Source: Trichinella spiralis
Taxonomy: Eukaryota
Assembly: GCF_000181795.1 (NCBI RefSeq)
Contig: NW_003526941.1
Location: 8,668,140 to 8,732,139 of the forward strand
Direction of reading: 5' to 3'
DNA length: 64,000 bases
The position numbers were made by a program, and so were the translations under genes. Every line of letters starts with the position of its first letter. Within the stretch, counting starts at the first letter, position 1. Positions 38,742 through 52,641 of this stretch are shown here, one piece after another. Below the pieces are notes generated by a model. It ran no database searches and was not told the origin of the DNA. It saw nothing but the letters and a program-made list of their open reading frames with translations.

Positions 38742-40432
38742 ATGGCGACATTTACACCACAGATTGCTCCATCATCTTTGTTGAAAACTAAAGATGCAAC
38801 GGAAGATGGGCCCCGACGTCAAACGAAGGAGGAATACAGGAAATTGAAAGAGTTGGAAGAAGCTCGTAAAGCAGGTAATGTGCAGTTTCCATTTGCAAGG
38901 TTTTCTTCAACCTGTAAAATAATTTTTTTCACACACGACCACTTTGTTTAAGCTTTAGCTGTGAAATTTAAGCAGTAATCTACGAAATTATATTAATTTT
39001 AAATAATGAGTAATTAATTGTTGGCACGTTAGGTACCGTACCTGCAATGACGGATGTGGAAACTGGCAGCGATATCAATCCCCACATTCCACACTATATT
39101 GCACAAGCTCCGTGGTATATTGGTGCAGCTGGACCGACTTTGAAACATCAGAAACCGCACCCAGAAAGGCAAAAAGAATTGGCAGCCATAACGCAATGGT
39201 ACAAACGTGGCGTCAGTGACCAAGTGGCGCAAAAATATCGCAAAGGGGCTTGTGAAAACTGTGGCGCAATGACGCACAAACGCAAAGACTGTATGGAGCG
39301 GCCGCGAAAAATTGGTGCCAAATATACGAACGATTCAATTGCGGCGGACGAATTTTCGCAGCCGAATATTAAGCTCGATTATGACGCGAAACGAGATCGT
39401 TGGAATGGTTTTGACGCTTCTTCTTACAATGCTCAAGCCGTGAAAGAGTTCGATCAGTTGGAAGAAGCTAGGAAGAAAATTCGACTGGAAAAGTGCAGGG
39501 ACGGTGAGCCAGTTGACCAGAGAGACGAATCTGTGCTGGGAGAAGAAGATCGAATTGGTCACAAAGATGTAGACGAAGATAAATATGCAGAAAATGCATC
39601 AATGCCTGGAGTGAAGTTGGACGTGGACAGTCGAACTCGAATCACTGTTCGAAATTTGCGTATCCGCGAAGATACTGCAAAATATTTGTACAATTTGGAT
39701 CCAAATTCTGCATATTACGATCCGAAAAGTCGATCGATGCGTGACAATCCTTTCAAAGGAACGCACAAAAGCGAGGACGAAGTGCCATTTGCTGGTGAAA
39801 ATTTCCACAAATTCACCGGCGAAGTGCTCAGCGTGAACAATGCCCAACTGTTCGCTTGGGAAGCTCACAAACGTGGCGCCAGTGTGCACGCATTAGCCGA
39901 GCCGACAAAGTTGGAAGTGCTGAAGAAAGAATATGTAGTGAAAAAAGAAATTTTGAAAAGTAAATTGCCACTTTTTTTCAAATTATCATTTCTTCTGTAT
40001 TTTGAAACAATTTTCTGTCACATTCCAGGCGAAGCTCAGAAGGCTATATTGGAAAAGTATGGCGGTGAAGAATATTTGCAAAATCCAGACAAGGAATTGT
40101 TGTACGCTCAAACGGAAAATTACGTCGAATACAATCGACACGGTGCTGTTGTTAAAGGTGATAAGAGGCCGACTTTGCGTTCACGTTATGAAGAGGATGT
40201 ATTCGTTAACAACCATACAAGCGTTTGGGGTTCGTATTGGAGTGACGGTGAATGGGGTTATGCTTGTTGTCACAACAAATTTCCAAATAGTTATTGTACT
40301 GGAGAGATGGGAAAAGCTGCTATAAAATCTTCTATCATAACTTCTGAGGTTGCTGATGACGTGAAATCACCATCATCACCTTCATCAAGTGAACACGAAT
40401 CTTCTTCACTTTCACACAGTGAAGAAGAATAA
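38742..40432 (+). CDS. SLU7: Pre-mRNA splicing factor SLU7
   Basis: Exons 38742-38874, 39033-39959, 40029-40432 (487 aa). ELEEARKAGTVPA, INPHIPHYI..PWY, zinc knuckle CENCGAMTHKRKDC, YDAKRDRWNG, VRNLRIREDTAKYL, YDPKSRSMR, NHTSVWGSYW..WGYACCH. Confidence 0.97.
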
Positions 40433-41263
40433 ATTGTATGTAAAATGTATAAATTTCGAAACTTTTACTTGTTCTTTTTCCGTCGAAGCTGCAGAAAATT
40501 TTATGCCACAATGTTGTACAGACTTAAAATGTGAATAAATGTTTAAAATCAACGAATGAATGAATGAAATAGAAAAATTCAAATGTGACACTTACATTTA
40601 GTTGAATGACAGATAGGCGAAATGGAAGAAAAACGGATTGACGGCGTACGCGAGTTGGTTACAGTTTCAAAAAATGGCGCCAATTGACAAGACTGATCTA
40701 GTATTTATTTCGGTCAAATTTGCAACATTTATTTGAACTTTATTGATAAAATACTGTAAATAAGATAAACAATTATTGAAATGACCTATTTTTTTATTGT
40801 TAATTAATTTGAAAATAAATTATTACAGTCAAATTTATTTATATATATTTAGATGTTAAAATTGTGAATAGTCGTAAAAATGATAATTGTCAGTTAGTAT
40901 TCAATAAATGGAAATAAATGTGTTGCAATAAATAAATTTTCATATTTTTAGCAAGTAATATTTTCCAATAAAAAAATAAATAATTGAATCTATCTCAAAA
41001 TAGTATAATTAATAATAATTGTACATTTATTAAAGTGAAAAAAAAAGAAAATCACGTACGTTAGTACAGAAAATGATGAAAAATAATAATAAGTTTAAGA
41101 AAATAAGTTTAAAATTGTTGTATTAAAAGTTTGAAATTGAATAAATTAAATAATAATAAACGAATCAACGGTAATAATAAATTTACTGTAATTGTGTAGT
41201 TCATGTTCAATTGTTTAATATTGTTATTTGTAATATGCAGGTATGTATATATTTGGAAATTTT

Positions 41264-41490
41264 GGCGCCGTCCAGTCTTGTGACCCGATGAATTGCAAAG
41301 TGGTGGTGGTGTTAGAATACTTGTCGGGCGCCAAACGGTCGCACGGTCGACTGGTCCGCACGGGCTGATTAATAGCGAAGCGATCATTGACAAGCTGAAT
41401 GACCTCTGCAGAAGTAGCTGTTCAACGGTCCAGATGAACAAAAGCCCTTTGAAGAGATGAAGCGAGTCCGTCGACGGCGCCATGCCGACG
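41264..41490 (+). promoter_or_regulatory. Cluster of three GGCGCC-N5-GNC BMP-Smad composite elements in a GC-rich island
   Basis: GGCGCC-GTCCA-GTCT (41264-41278), GGCGCC-AAACG-GTCG (41327-41341), GGCGCC-ATGCC-GACG (41476-41490). A fourth, GGCGCC-AGTTT-GGCG, is at 44914-44928. Confidence 0.5.
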
Positions 41491-42862
41491 TCGACCTCGA
41501 CCACAACTTGGTCATCTTTCTCAATCACTATCTGGGGTGTTCCGTTTCTCCCATGGCAGGTGGTCGATTCTCACCACATATTTATTATACTTCTTTATTT
41601 GTATATACATTTATATTTATATTTTAATATTAATATAATTTTTCTTTTTAGAAATCAAAAATATTCTTAACCGTTCTATATAAGTATACAACGGGCAAGT
41701 TATTAGTGTTATATTGCGAACGTCCCGGAAAAATTCGTCCACGCCTCCCAACCGGTTGGGCCAATCGTCATCGTCGACTGGCTTTCCCCGCGAAAACGAC
41801 GACAATTGTCACTTCCACCACCACCACCACCACTACCACTACCATTACCACCATCGCCACTACCATTACCATCGACGCGTCATCAGCACAGCGCAAAAAG
41901 TTGATCGTCATTTATTAAAATTTCAATTTTCAATATTCATCAATTACGGTAAGTGATTTTTCAATTATTACTTATTGTTTGTTTTGGTCTTTTCTTGATT
42001 ATTATCAAAATTTTTCCCCTTATCATATCTTATATCGCGCACAAATTACCGTAATCAGTATCTTCACAGTTGATTGTGCTGTTTTAATTTGCTTTTTTCT
42101 TTTCTTCTGCAAAAGTTGTTGAACGATTCAAAAAATTAAGCAGTTAATTTAAATAATTTCACTTTCAAATGTTCAATTGTGTAACAATTTCCACTTGTCC
42201 GTGTGTTGTTGTTTGTTCAATTTATTCTGATCTTCTCTTGCCTAGTCGATTTGGAACAAACGGACGCCTGTCCATTTTGCATTAACTTGAGTATTTTGTT
42301 GTGTAAATTGTGCAAATCAAACAAAAACGATCGACCGACAATTTACAATAATAATAAGCAGCGGTGAATGAATTTTCATATTTGAAAAATTGTTTACACC
42401 AATTTTTTTGCGAAACTTGATCACTTCCGACTACTTTGCTGCTGTCCAACCCAACCGCACCCATGTGATTGATGTGATTATTGCTTTCGATCACACCTTG
42501 CGTCAATGATTGATTTCCACTCCACTATCCTTTGACAATTTTGTAATTATTTATTCAAAAAAAATGCACAAAAACTCAACAACGCTTAAGCTGGTAATGG
42601 TTTGGAAAAACAATACTGAATTTGGTAATTTTCAAGTTTGATCATTTTTTTGTTTTTGACAAATAAAACTATTGGAGAAAGTAAGTAAGTAAGTGAAGAG
42701 ATGGACGTATAAGAGAAGATGCACACGGACGACCGTGACCATCGTGCATTTAAGCTGTGAAAATCGATCGACGCCAATGTCGGCTAGCGACCCTGTGTGT
42801 AAATTGGGTCAGCAATGGTGAATGGACCAGAAACGTTGGCAAGCAGCTTTTTCCACTACTAC

Positions 42863-45800
42863 TGACGTCAACCAGAGAGAAACACAAGCATGCATGCATG
42901 CATGCATGCATACATATGCTTGCATACACAGTGAGTGAGACTTGTGGAACAACAGGTTTCAATGCGACCGTTTTTATTGAAATGCAGCCGTTTGCAATGT
43001 GAAAACATTCGTCAGACGCGCAAATAAGCGACGGTGACGTTTGTTGAATCTTTTCATTTCAAATTCCTTCAACAACATCATATTTGACCGAGAAAATTTT
43101 TCATTCACACTTGCTGCAATCGATTTCAACAAGCCCCTGCTTCTTCTTCTTTTTCTTCTACAATGGGCAAACGTTTATTATTCTCTGATCTGCATCATTT
43201 TCGTTCACTCGGTCGGTTGGTCCGGCCTCTTTTGAAAAATTCACCTCGTCATCACACATGCTGAGCACTGCTGGATGTAAACAAATGGGGAGGGGAACAA
43301 ATAAATTTTCCAAAAATGGATAAATTTATTCGTCTGCTTGCTTTTTTCTTGTACGGTTTTTTTTTCTTCTCGTCGGGCATGCTTGATGGAAAATGATGGG
43401 AATGGAGAAAAAAGTAACTTCGCACGTTTGCCTCGACATAAATTTTTCTTTTCTTCAATTGACATGTAGAAACGTCGTGGTGACGTGATTTGCATTTTGA
43501 GTTCAGGTTGTTCATTTTTTTTTCTTGCTCGACTTTTAAGAAGCAGACGCTTCGCATCATCATCATCGTCGTCGTCGTCGTCGTCTGCTCCACGTCATCG
43601 ATCAAATTGAAGAGTGTTACAAGAATTGAATTGCACCTAGAAGAGAAGTTGATCAAAAGACCACCAAATCGATTGTCTTGTTTTGTTTCATCATTGATTC
43701 AACTGCATTTGTGCAACCTTTTCATCCTCCATTCACACTTGCTGATCACTTTTTTTTACAACAACAACAAATATATGGATATTTCTGTTATCTCAATTGA
43801 AGGTCATAAATTGAAAATGTGTTTTTTTCCTTTTCATACTTTTCAATCAACTGCACAAACTTGGCCTTGGTTTTTTTCACAACCAACCAACGAAAATCGT
43901 GCAACTTGTTTTTACCAGATTACTGTATAATACAGTATTTCAAAATGAAGTACTTGATTTTTACGAAATGTTGTGTAGCACATTTTTTTTGCACTTTTTA
44001 AAACAGAAATGAATTAACTTCAAACGGTAAATTGTATGTGTCTGTGTGTCAACAGGACGAAAAGTTTGTAAATTATTTTTGTTTATTTGCAAATGGAACT
44101 TGTCGGATTGAATTTCAAAGAAAAAAAAGACTAAAGTGAAATTAATCATCTTTATTGCATTTATGGCACAGTTCGGTGCGTTGGATTGCACAGATCATTT
44201 GTCCGTATGATTGATTGAGAAAAAAATGACGATTGAAGCAGACCAAAAAAACTACTGACATCATTGCAGTGACGTGAAATAGTTTTCTCTTTGATACAAT
44301 TGACGTTTGGCAAAAATGGTTACATTGGCAATATTTGTCAACTTATTACGCTATTTTTTTAAAAAATTTTATTAATGAGAATTGTCGACGTTGTTTTGAA
44401 TAATTTGAACAGAAAAAAATTGACAAGCGGTTATCTTCTTTTTTTAACGACCATCCAAAATGAAAACAACCAGTGGATATTATTATGATTATTAAATATA
44501 AAGTTGCAAATGCGAGGTGCGTCAAATGATGAGTGACGGACTGAATGACGAATGAGAAGGGGGAAAGTTTTTCTTTTCCACATACATACATACTCCTAAA
44601 TGCTGCTGTTGTTGATGGGGATTTATTGGTGGCAGTAGTTGAACGTGGTCACCACAATCTACGGTGGTTCATCTGAGCGCAGAGCACACTGCCATCAAGT
44701 AGCTAGCTAGCTAGCTGGCTGACTGGCTGGCTGGCTTTTGGTGCTTGGTTCAATCGATGCGAATCACAATTGTTGCAAAAATTGCACTGCAGATTTGTTT
44801 CCAAAGCAAGCAGAAGCGATTTTTGAGCATTTTTCAGCCTGCCGTCAAGCGCCGAGAGACGCGTTGTTGGTTGAAATAAGCGGCTTCTGTCGGTCGGTCA
44901 GCCGGGCAATTTAGGCGCCAGTTTGGCGCATTGTTCGCATAGCTGGTCGCGTCGCAGCCGTTCAGCTGACTGATCAAACGTTTCTGACGTCAGCTTGGAA
45001 CGTCGAATCCCGACCGCGAATGATGCGGGTAGAGACTGGTGAAAATCGAACAAGACCCACCCCTTCCGTTTGCTCCCATCGATCCACAACAGACCGACAG
45101 ACGCGCGCGTGAGCTCACCAAAGCAGCATTCCATTCCAAATCCACTTTTCCATCTAGTTCTCTTACCAAACTGGCCAAATTTCAAACGTATCTTATTCAA
45201 TCAATGCATCATCATCATCATCACTTTCCTGCTCTCTCTCTCTTTCTCTTTCCCACGCTATTTCTATTCTGCATCTGCAATTTGCAAACATTGAAATAAA
45301 ACTGCAGCATCAACAGCAACGACTTTCATTCATCCATCCATCCTTATAATGTTCTTGTATATCATTTTAATTTAAGTAATAATATGAATAAACAAAGTGA
45401 AAAGTTTCATATTTTGACAGACATCAAAATGTGCAAAAGTCAGGTTATATATATGTATCCATTCGAATATGCTTATATATTTATTTTTCTGCATGCATAT
45501 TTTTGATTCAAATTATTATTTTCATATTTACATTACAAATATGCTTTTTTTAAATTGAATAGTTGCTTTCATTGAATATTTTCACAAACATGCAACAGCA
45601 AGTATTTTATTTTCTATAAGGGGGACGGCAGTTTTTGTTTGTTTGTTAACAAAGCGCATTATTAGGGGGGTTTTTGTATATTTTCACGTCAGCATGTTGC
45701 TGACGCGGTTCGATCAACGTTTGTTGCATCACATTGTGTTCGATTGAATGAATGAATCAATTTGTTTTTGGAAAAAAATTTGTTTCACAAAACGAGAAAC

Positions 45801-46737
45801 AACCTTTGATTTTGCAAAATGAAAATTTGTGTCCCAACATTGAGTTAGCTTGACGAGAGCTGCAGCATTGATTCTTGCCAGAGATTGAGATTGAGGAGGG
45901 GAAATGAGCAGAGAGGGCAGGGCAGGGGGAACGAGCGAAACGTTTCTTTCTTTCATTTTATCCACTTCTAGCGTTAATAAATGAATAATATTGCATTAAA
46001 AGTTAATTAATTGATGGCAATGTCTATTTATTATTTACTCGATCATACTACTCATGTACAGTGTTGAATGTTGTGCGTTTCGAAATCGATGATTTTGCAT
46101 TTTTGCAAACGTTGCAATGTTGTGCAGAAAATTTCCAAAAATTTAATCAATTGTTTGAAAATTAATTCCCTTTATCATAAAACAAAAAATAACATAATGT
46201 TTTCAAATGAATATAATTTATCCGTATATCATTCTTTATTTTGTATTTGAATAATGGAAAATTTTAATAATTCTGCTTATCTGTTGGTGTTTGTGTAATG
46301 ATGTGATAAAAATGGACAAGAAGATGATTTTGTTTTGGATGTTGTTGTTGCAAAGCAGATTTACAAAATGTGACAAGCGATGTTGAAGCTGAATAGCTAG
46401 CTTCCGGCTAAGCGAAAGGCTTGGACGTGGGTTGTTTGCTTTCAGATGATCATGTTTGCAGTGCTGTATTTGTAGAAATAGTTTGGCTTGCCGGTCGGTC
46501 TCCTGCTATGTATATGTATACATACAAGCATTTTATTGAAAATTAAAAGAAAAAATCGTCTCCTTTGTACTGATTAGTATTAGATTTTTGAAATAAGGGT
46601 TTTTTTTGAAGAATAAAAATGCAAAAGTAGAGATGGAGTGTGATTGAAGTTTGAAAAAGAAGCGACTAACTGACGACGACCGCTTTGCTTTTTGCTAAAC
46701 GCTGAGCAGCAGCTGCTTGCCGACCAAACGCCAGTAG

Positions 46738-46770
<33 letters not shown>

Positions 46771-49700
46771 GGCTCTTTATTTCGTTTATTTCTTTCACTG
46801 TTGTGTGTGCGTCAGAAACAGCAGCAATACTAGAAGCAGCAGAAGCTTTATGCTGTTTCTCGAGATAGAACAGATGCGTTTTATCACCGCTCCCAGCTTT
46901 GTCTACCGCCAACGCCATTTGACGACGATTTTCGCCTCAAGCATGCTTTTGAACGTCGAATGACATTTTCTGTTGCAAAACTGTTGAATGTCACCTGTAT
47001 ATTTATTCATCTCATCTCTTCTATTTTCTATTGCACGTCACCTCATCATCATCGATCTGTGTGATTGTGATGATCACCGTTTTCGTGCGAATGAATGAAA
47101 ATCAAATTTTAATTCTTAACGTGCCTGTGTGTGTGTGTATGCGCTCGCGCTCGCGTTTCTGTGTGTCTAAAGTGAACAAAAATCAACAAAATTTTTCATT
47201 TAAGCTAATCAACAATCATTTATTAATTTGTTTTTCATTTTTTAATAAATATATTAATTAAATTCTTCCATCTTTTCTCTATCATCATCTCAATGGTTGT
47301 GTCGCGTCAGGTCATAATGTTGATAGTTCTTGTTTTATTTTATTTATTCATTCATTAATTTCTTCAGCATATTTAGATTGTATTCACACATGCACAATAT
47401 ATATATATATATATATTTATTTATTTATTTATTTATTTAAACTTTTTTCTGAACTTTTTTATTGCTTTCTTTTTATAAAAGCAATTTCCTCTTTTTTAGC
47501 ATTTATAATTTTTCTTTTTCAGAACTGTGCACACTGTTGGACGACACCTCTTATCGTACCTCCTCCTTGCACGATGAATCTCATCAGTTGATTTCATATC
47601 TGGTAATTATGATTTTTTTTCGTTTTTGGTTTTGTTTTGGAGGAAATTTCTTCTATTTCTTGCTTTTTTGTGATGATTTCCAAAGCAAAAACTAATGTTA
47701 GTTGGAATAATTCATTTGTACAACAAAATGGCAAACTTGTGTAAATTTCAAATTCAACTTTTCACTTGATCAAAGGTTTCAAGGGTAATTGGAGGGAGTG
47801 GAGGGTTCTTCTGTTTTACTTTTGATATCACCTGGTCATCTAAGCTAAAACAAACGCCAACCGTAAAAGGGGCAGATGAGGCATGATGAATCTGGCCAAT
47901 ATTGCTTCAGGTAATCAAATACTATAATTGTTCGACTTGCTTGTTTGAATTTACTGCATATTCAGTCACGAAATGAGTCCATTCAATGGAAAAAAGAACA
48001 CTGCACGCACGTACGTATTACCATGGCTATAGCGATCATTGATTATGTCAGTCATTTGAAATTTAGTATTTTCAGTGTTATTTTTTGTTAATTTAAAAAT
48101 TTGGTAATGTAGTCTGATTTTTCACATCTAGTGCATCAGCAGAATGTATGTAGAGAGAACTGTGATTGTATTATTAAACTGTAATGACAGTTGCAAATAA
48201 ACACAGAGGTAGTTGTTCAAAGAATTTAATGGCAACATCTTTTCTCTGGGGATGTTCTTTTTTGATTCCAAATCACGTATTGAATAGTGACGTCAGATGC
48301 CTTTTTGTTAGAAAAAGATTTCAACACCTTCCTCGCAGATTATTGGAGAAAATTATCGTTGCTTTTCTTATGTTTTTTTCCCTGTTCTATGCCAACACAG
48401 CACTGGGGCCATTGCAACACTTGAAAATTACACCTCGTGATGTGGAAATTGTCCCCACCCCACGTCTCATTTTCTCCCCAAAATGAAAACTTTGAAAAGT
48501 TGCAAAAATTGGAGGGGGAAAAGCGTTTTTGAACATAATTTTCCACATATTCCGCCCTATTGACAATTCAATTATGAAATGCAGTGTGATTTGAACAAGC
48601 AGGTTGGACAGACATTTCACTTTCGCATAGCTGGTTATTATTCATCTTTCTCTCTTCAATCACGCGATACTATTTATGTTTTTTTAATTTTGGCCAAGCG
48701 TTTATTATTAAAAATGTAAAATGAGCGTTTAGTTATTCTTCTTCTTCTTCTTCTTCTTCTTCTCTCCTATAGCTTGGAATTTTCATTTGTTGGAGAAAAG
48801 AGAAATTTATTACAATTCACACATGGCCTTTGACAGTTGGTTAGTTGAGACTGTTGAATGAATGATGAATTTCTTTTTGCCCATTTGCACAAATCGTTTT
48901 CTTTTCACATGTGTTAAAATCGATAAATTCTTATAAACGCTTGTTCATCTGCTTGGGAAATGTGATTTTTTAGCTTTTCTTATTTTATTATTTCATATTT
49001 ATTGTTCAGTTGATTTTTTTTCCAAATGTAATTTGAATATTATTACTTTTTTGTGGGTATCTTTTTGCATTTACTGGACCGTGCGATCACATATGCACGC
49101 ATGTATCATTTGTATGTTCTATCAGTTTGTGAAATGTGACACTTTGCCAATGGTAATTTCTTTCTTTTATATTTCTTTGATTTGTAAATTTTATTGCAAC
49201 AAATGCATTGTACAAAATGAAACAGATTTCAATGATACAAATCTATTATGAATATGGGTAATTATTTATGAATAATAAATAAATAAATAAATAAATAAAG
49301 CGAAAAAACTTTTGACCCTTTTGAAAAGAGAAAAAATAGATATTAATTGAACGTGTCATTTGAAAAGGAATGCTTACGTGCGCTGACAGCTTGCTTATCT
49401 TCGAGTAGAATGCATCGCATCGTTCCGCATGGATCAATGCAGTTGACTACTTTTGACAGTTGGTGAACAGAAAACGGAAAGCGAATTTCCATTTTCTTCA
49501 TCATCACATTTTCTGTGTGTCTGTCTGTCTCTGTGTATTTGTGACTCTGTGTGTGTTTGTGTGTGTTTTATATTTAATAATTTTCATTTTTTTCAATATT
49601 TTCTCTGCACTTTGTCAACGTTGTTGTTGTTCACTGGTAAGCGATTAGCATTTCATGTTTTATTAAACAAAAAAAAAACAACTTCGCGTCATCAACTTTT

Positions 49701-52641
49701 TCCCCATGATACTTAGATCTGTAATATTTTGTGATTATTTTTTCTCAATCTTTAAAATAACTCTAAAACAGAAGCTGTTGAAAGCAAATTATCATAATGT
49801 GATTTTTGATGTTTGCATTTAGAAAATTTATGATTTTCAAATATTTTTGCAAATAAGACTGGAGAGAATTGTAATTTGAAAAAAAATAATTTTAGAAAGC
49901 AAAAGAACCGTTGCTAAATTGGTAATTTACAAAATTTAAATTTCACTCTACTGTTATTATTATCGTTGTGAAGTGTATGGTTTTTTTTTTCTCTTTGATG
50001 TGCAAAAGTTGTTTCAAACTGATCGTTTCTACTGTTGTTGTCGTTATTCAAATATTGATCTAGGCGTTCTTTTTTATCTCAGCTAAAAGCCGAAAGCGTC
50101 GCCAGGCTTTTACGTCTTTTTCTCGCTTCCTTCTCTCTTTCGGGCACGGGACGTCATTTGTCGAAAAACGCCCCATCTGCACTTGCGGTCGTTGGTGGTT
50201 CCATTATATCGTTTTGTCAAATTCAATTTATTCACCGATCATGCACCCCAGAACACAGCAACGTTAATAAATAATAATAATTTATTTGGAAAATTATCAC
50301 AATTTTTTTTCGATTTTCTGTTTTTCACATGTTTACTTTTTATTATTATTTGACAAATATATATATAGATGTTCATCGATATATTGCTGATGCGTGACAG
50401 GGAATGAATAATATCCATTGTCTAATCAGACGTTCTGTTTGTTTGTTAAGATTTTTAACCTCACCGATTACGCAACACTTTTTTTCGTTGTTTGCTTTTA
50501 TCGCCATGTGCAAAATTGAACACAACGAGTGGGAGGAGGCGAACAGAAGGGCAAAGATGCAAATGATGATTTAAATTAAGGAGTGGCAAGGAAAATCTCA
50601 CACTTCCTCCAACTGACGACGACATTTGGCACACAGAAACTCGTGTGATTGGTGGAATTGGGAGGCGGGTGGGGTGGGGGTTGAAGGTTGGGAATGTCGC
50701 TTTTTTTGTTCTTCAGATAAGCTTTTCGCGGATCGTATGTTGACACAGACAGCGTCATAGATAATTATTTATTTTTATCTCATCGTCATCATTTTCTTCG
50801 ACACGTCATCGGGGTCACGAACAGTTGTGCAGGATGTGCGGAAAATCATTTGCCCTATAGTAGCTTGTCATATTTATATCCACCAAATCTGTCAAGTAGA
50901 ACGCAGTTGTTCAAATTTTCATATATTTATCAACAATATTGCATATTTGTGCAACAATACTGAATAATTGTCAAGCAGAATGAATACGATGAAGCCATTT
51001 TATTATTATTATTATTATTTGACCCATTTTTGTGGATGCAAGTTTTCCGCTCATATCCTGCTTTGCTGTTGAGAGAAACTATTATTTTCGTCGCCTATTT
51101 CGATTTTTATCTTATCTTATCACAGCACAATTGTAGTGGCACGGGGAACGAAATTTTCAATTCAATCAGTAGGGCAATTCCGCTGTTGAACTCTCAGTTT
51201 GTAGCAAAGAAAATCAAAAAAAAACAAAGCTGTGGCTACTTTGTATTTTTTTTTCTGTTTCTCATTTTTATAGTTATTTTCATTTTCAAACAAAAGTACT
51301 CTGCTGCTACTACTACTACTACATGGGCGTGATAATGAGAGATAAAAAACGCAAATAAACAACAACGTTTTGTTTGCTTGTTATTTATTGTTGTTGTTTT
51401 TTGCTTTAATAATGTTTCAGCGTTGCGTATGTGCTGCTGCGGTAGACGTTTCCAATTGACGACATCTTCTTACATAAATGCGCAATATGAATGTTTAATA
51501 AATGAAAAATGACGTAGCCAACATTGTACAACGCAGATTGATGATGATCTATCGACTCTAGCATGCTGTTTCTTTTGTTGGTCGCTTATTTTATTCATAT
51601 TCTTAGTCTGAATATGATAATAATAATAATAATATTGCTATTTGCTTTTTCTCAGCTCTTTTTCATATTATCAATTGCAATTCCAACTACTGAAGCGAAA
51701 ATATTGCTTTTGATCATGTGATTAGAGAGAGATATGAGGGTGGTGGGGAGGGGGAGAAATCAATAAAACCTTCCAACGATTATCAGATTTGTTTGTTGAT
51801 AGTAAAACATTGGCAACAATTGGCAATATTATGTACACTTTCAATTGCACTATATAGAAAAGGCTTAAAACAAAAAGAAGAAGAAGAAGAAGCAAAAAAA
51901 AACATATAATCATAAATTAAAATTATCAAATTGGACTTTGTAGCTTTTTTTTTTAAATTTGCCCGGGGCTGTTTATTTTTGCATTGTATATTGTCGCCAT
52001 GGAGTCTGTCGTCGTCTACGCGTGTGTTGTGTTTGTGCAATTCTTCTTCGACGTGTCGTTTATCGCTCCAGTTGGCTGGCTCTCAGCGACGTCGATGACG
52101 CCGACAATCGACAACGTCGACGGTGATCATTTTTCTGCAATCAAATTTTGGTGACACAAAATTGAAACGGAACGTGAATTCTGACGTCAGTGCTTCTTTT
52201 TCTCTTTCTCGTTCTCTGTGTATTTATTTTTTATTCTCTTTTTCTCTATTCAAACATATTGACAAAAATATTAATTACGTAATGAAATGTGCAGAGATGA
52301 TGCAGGTGTGCGGTGAGGTTTGGAAATTATAAAGTCGCACATGACAATGCTGCTTGCAGCAGACACTGCACCGCAGCAATCCGGCTTGGGGGACTGTTTC
52401 GATTGGCCGAGTAGAGTTGAGGGGTAGGGAGAGGGGTAGGCGGGGAAAATGAAGAAAATAGATTTTTTCTTTTATTTGCTTCTTCTTTGTTTTTTTTATC
52501 ATTTCAAGAAAACCGAATGAGTGTCGAAAGAAAGCTTTTTATATATTTCCCTATAGTTAGTTAGTTAGTTAAGTTAGTTAGTTTTGCGTTGAAAAGAAAA
52601 ACTTGTTTCTCCTATGTGATGTCACGATGAACATGACGTCA
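42863..52641. promoter_or_regulatory. Five perfect CRE palindromes (TGACGTCA) upstream of the Schnurri CDS
   Basis: At 42863, 44985, 48288, 52182 and 52634, plus many ACGTCA/TGACGT partial sites. Confidence 0.5.
46738..46770. repeat. (TGA)11 microsatellite
   Basis: Read directly from the sequence. Confidence 0.9.

Noticed and set aside
41109..41528. 139-aa minus-strand ORF in the GC island
   Set aside because: Non-ATG start, no recognisable family, and it runs into AT-rich low-complexity DNA. A leader or regulatory role explains it better, though coding is not fully excluded.
41714..41956. His-rich 80-aa ORF (HxH repeats)
   Set aside because: TTG start, arises from a (CAC/TAC)n microsatellite, and is out of frame with Schnurri if spliced.
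45684..45716. Hairpin followed by GGTTCGA (tRNA T-loop-like)
   Set aside because: No cloverleaf, acceptor stem or A box.
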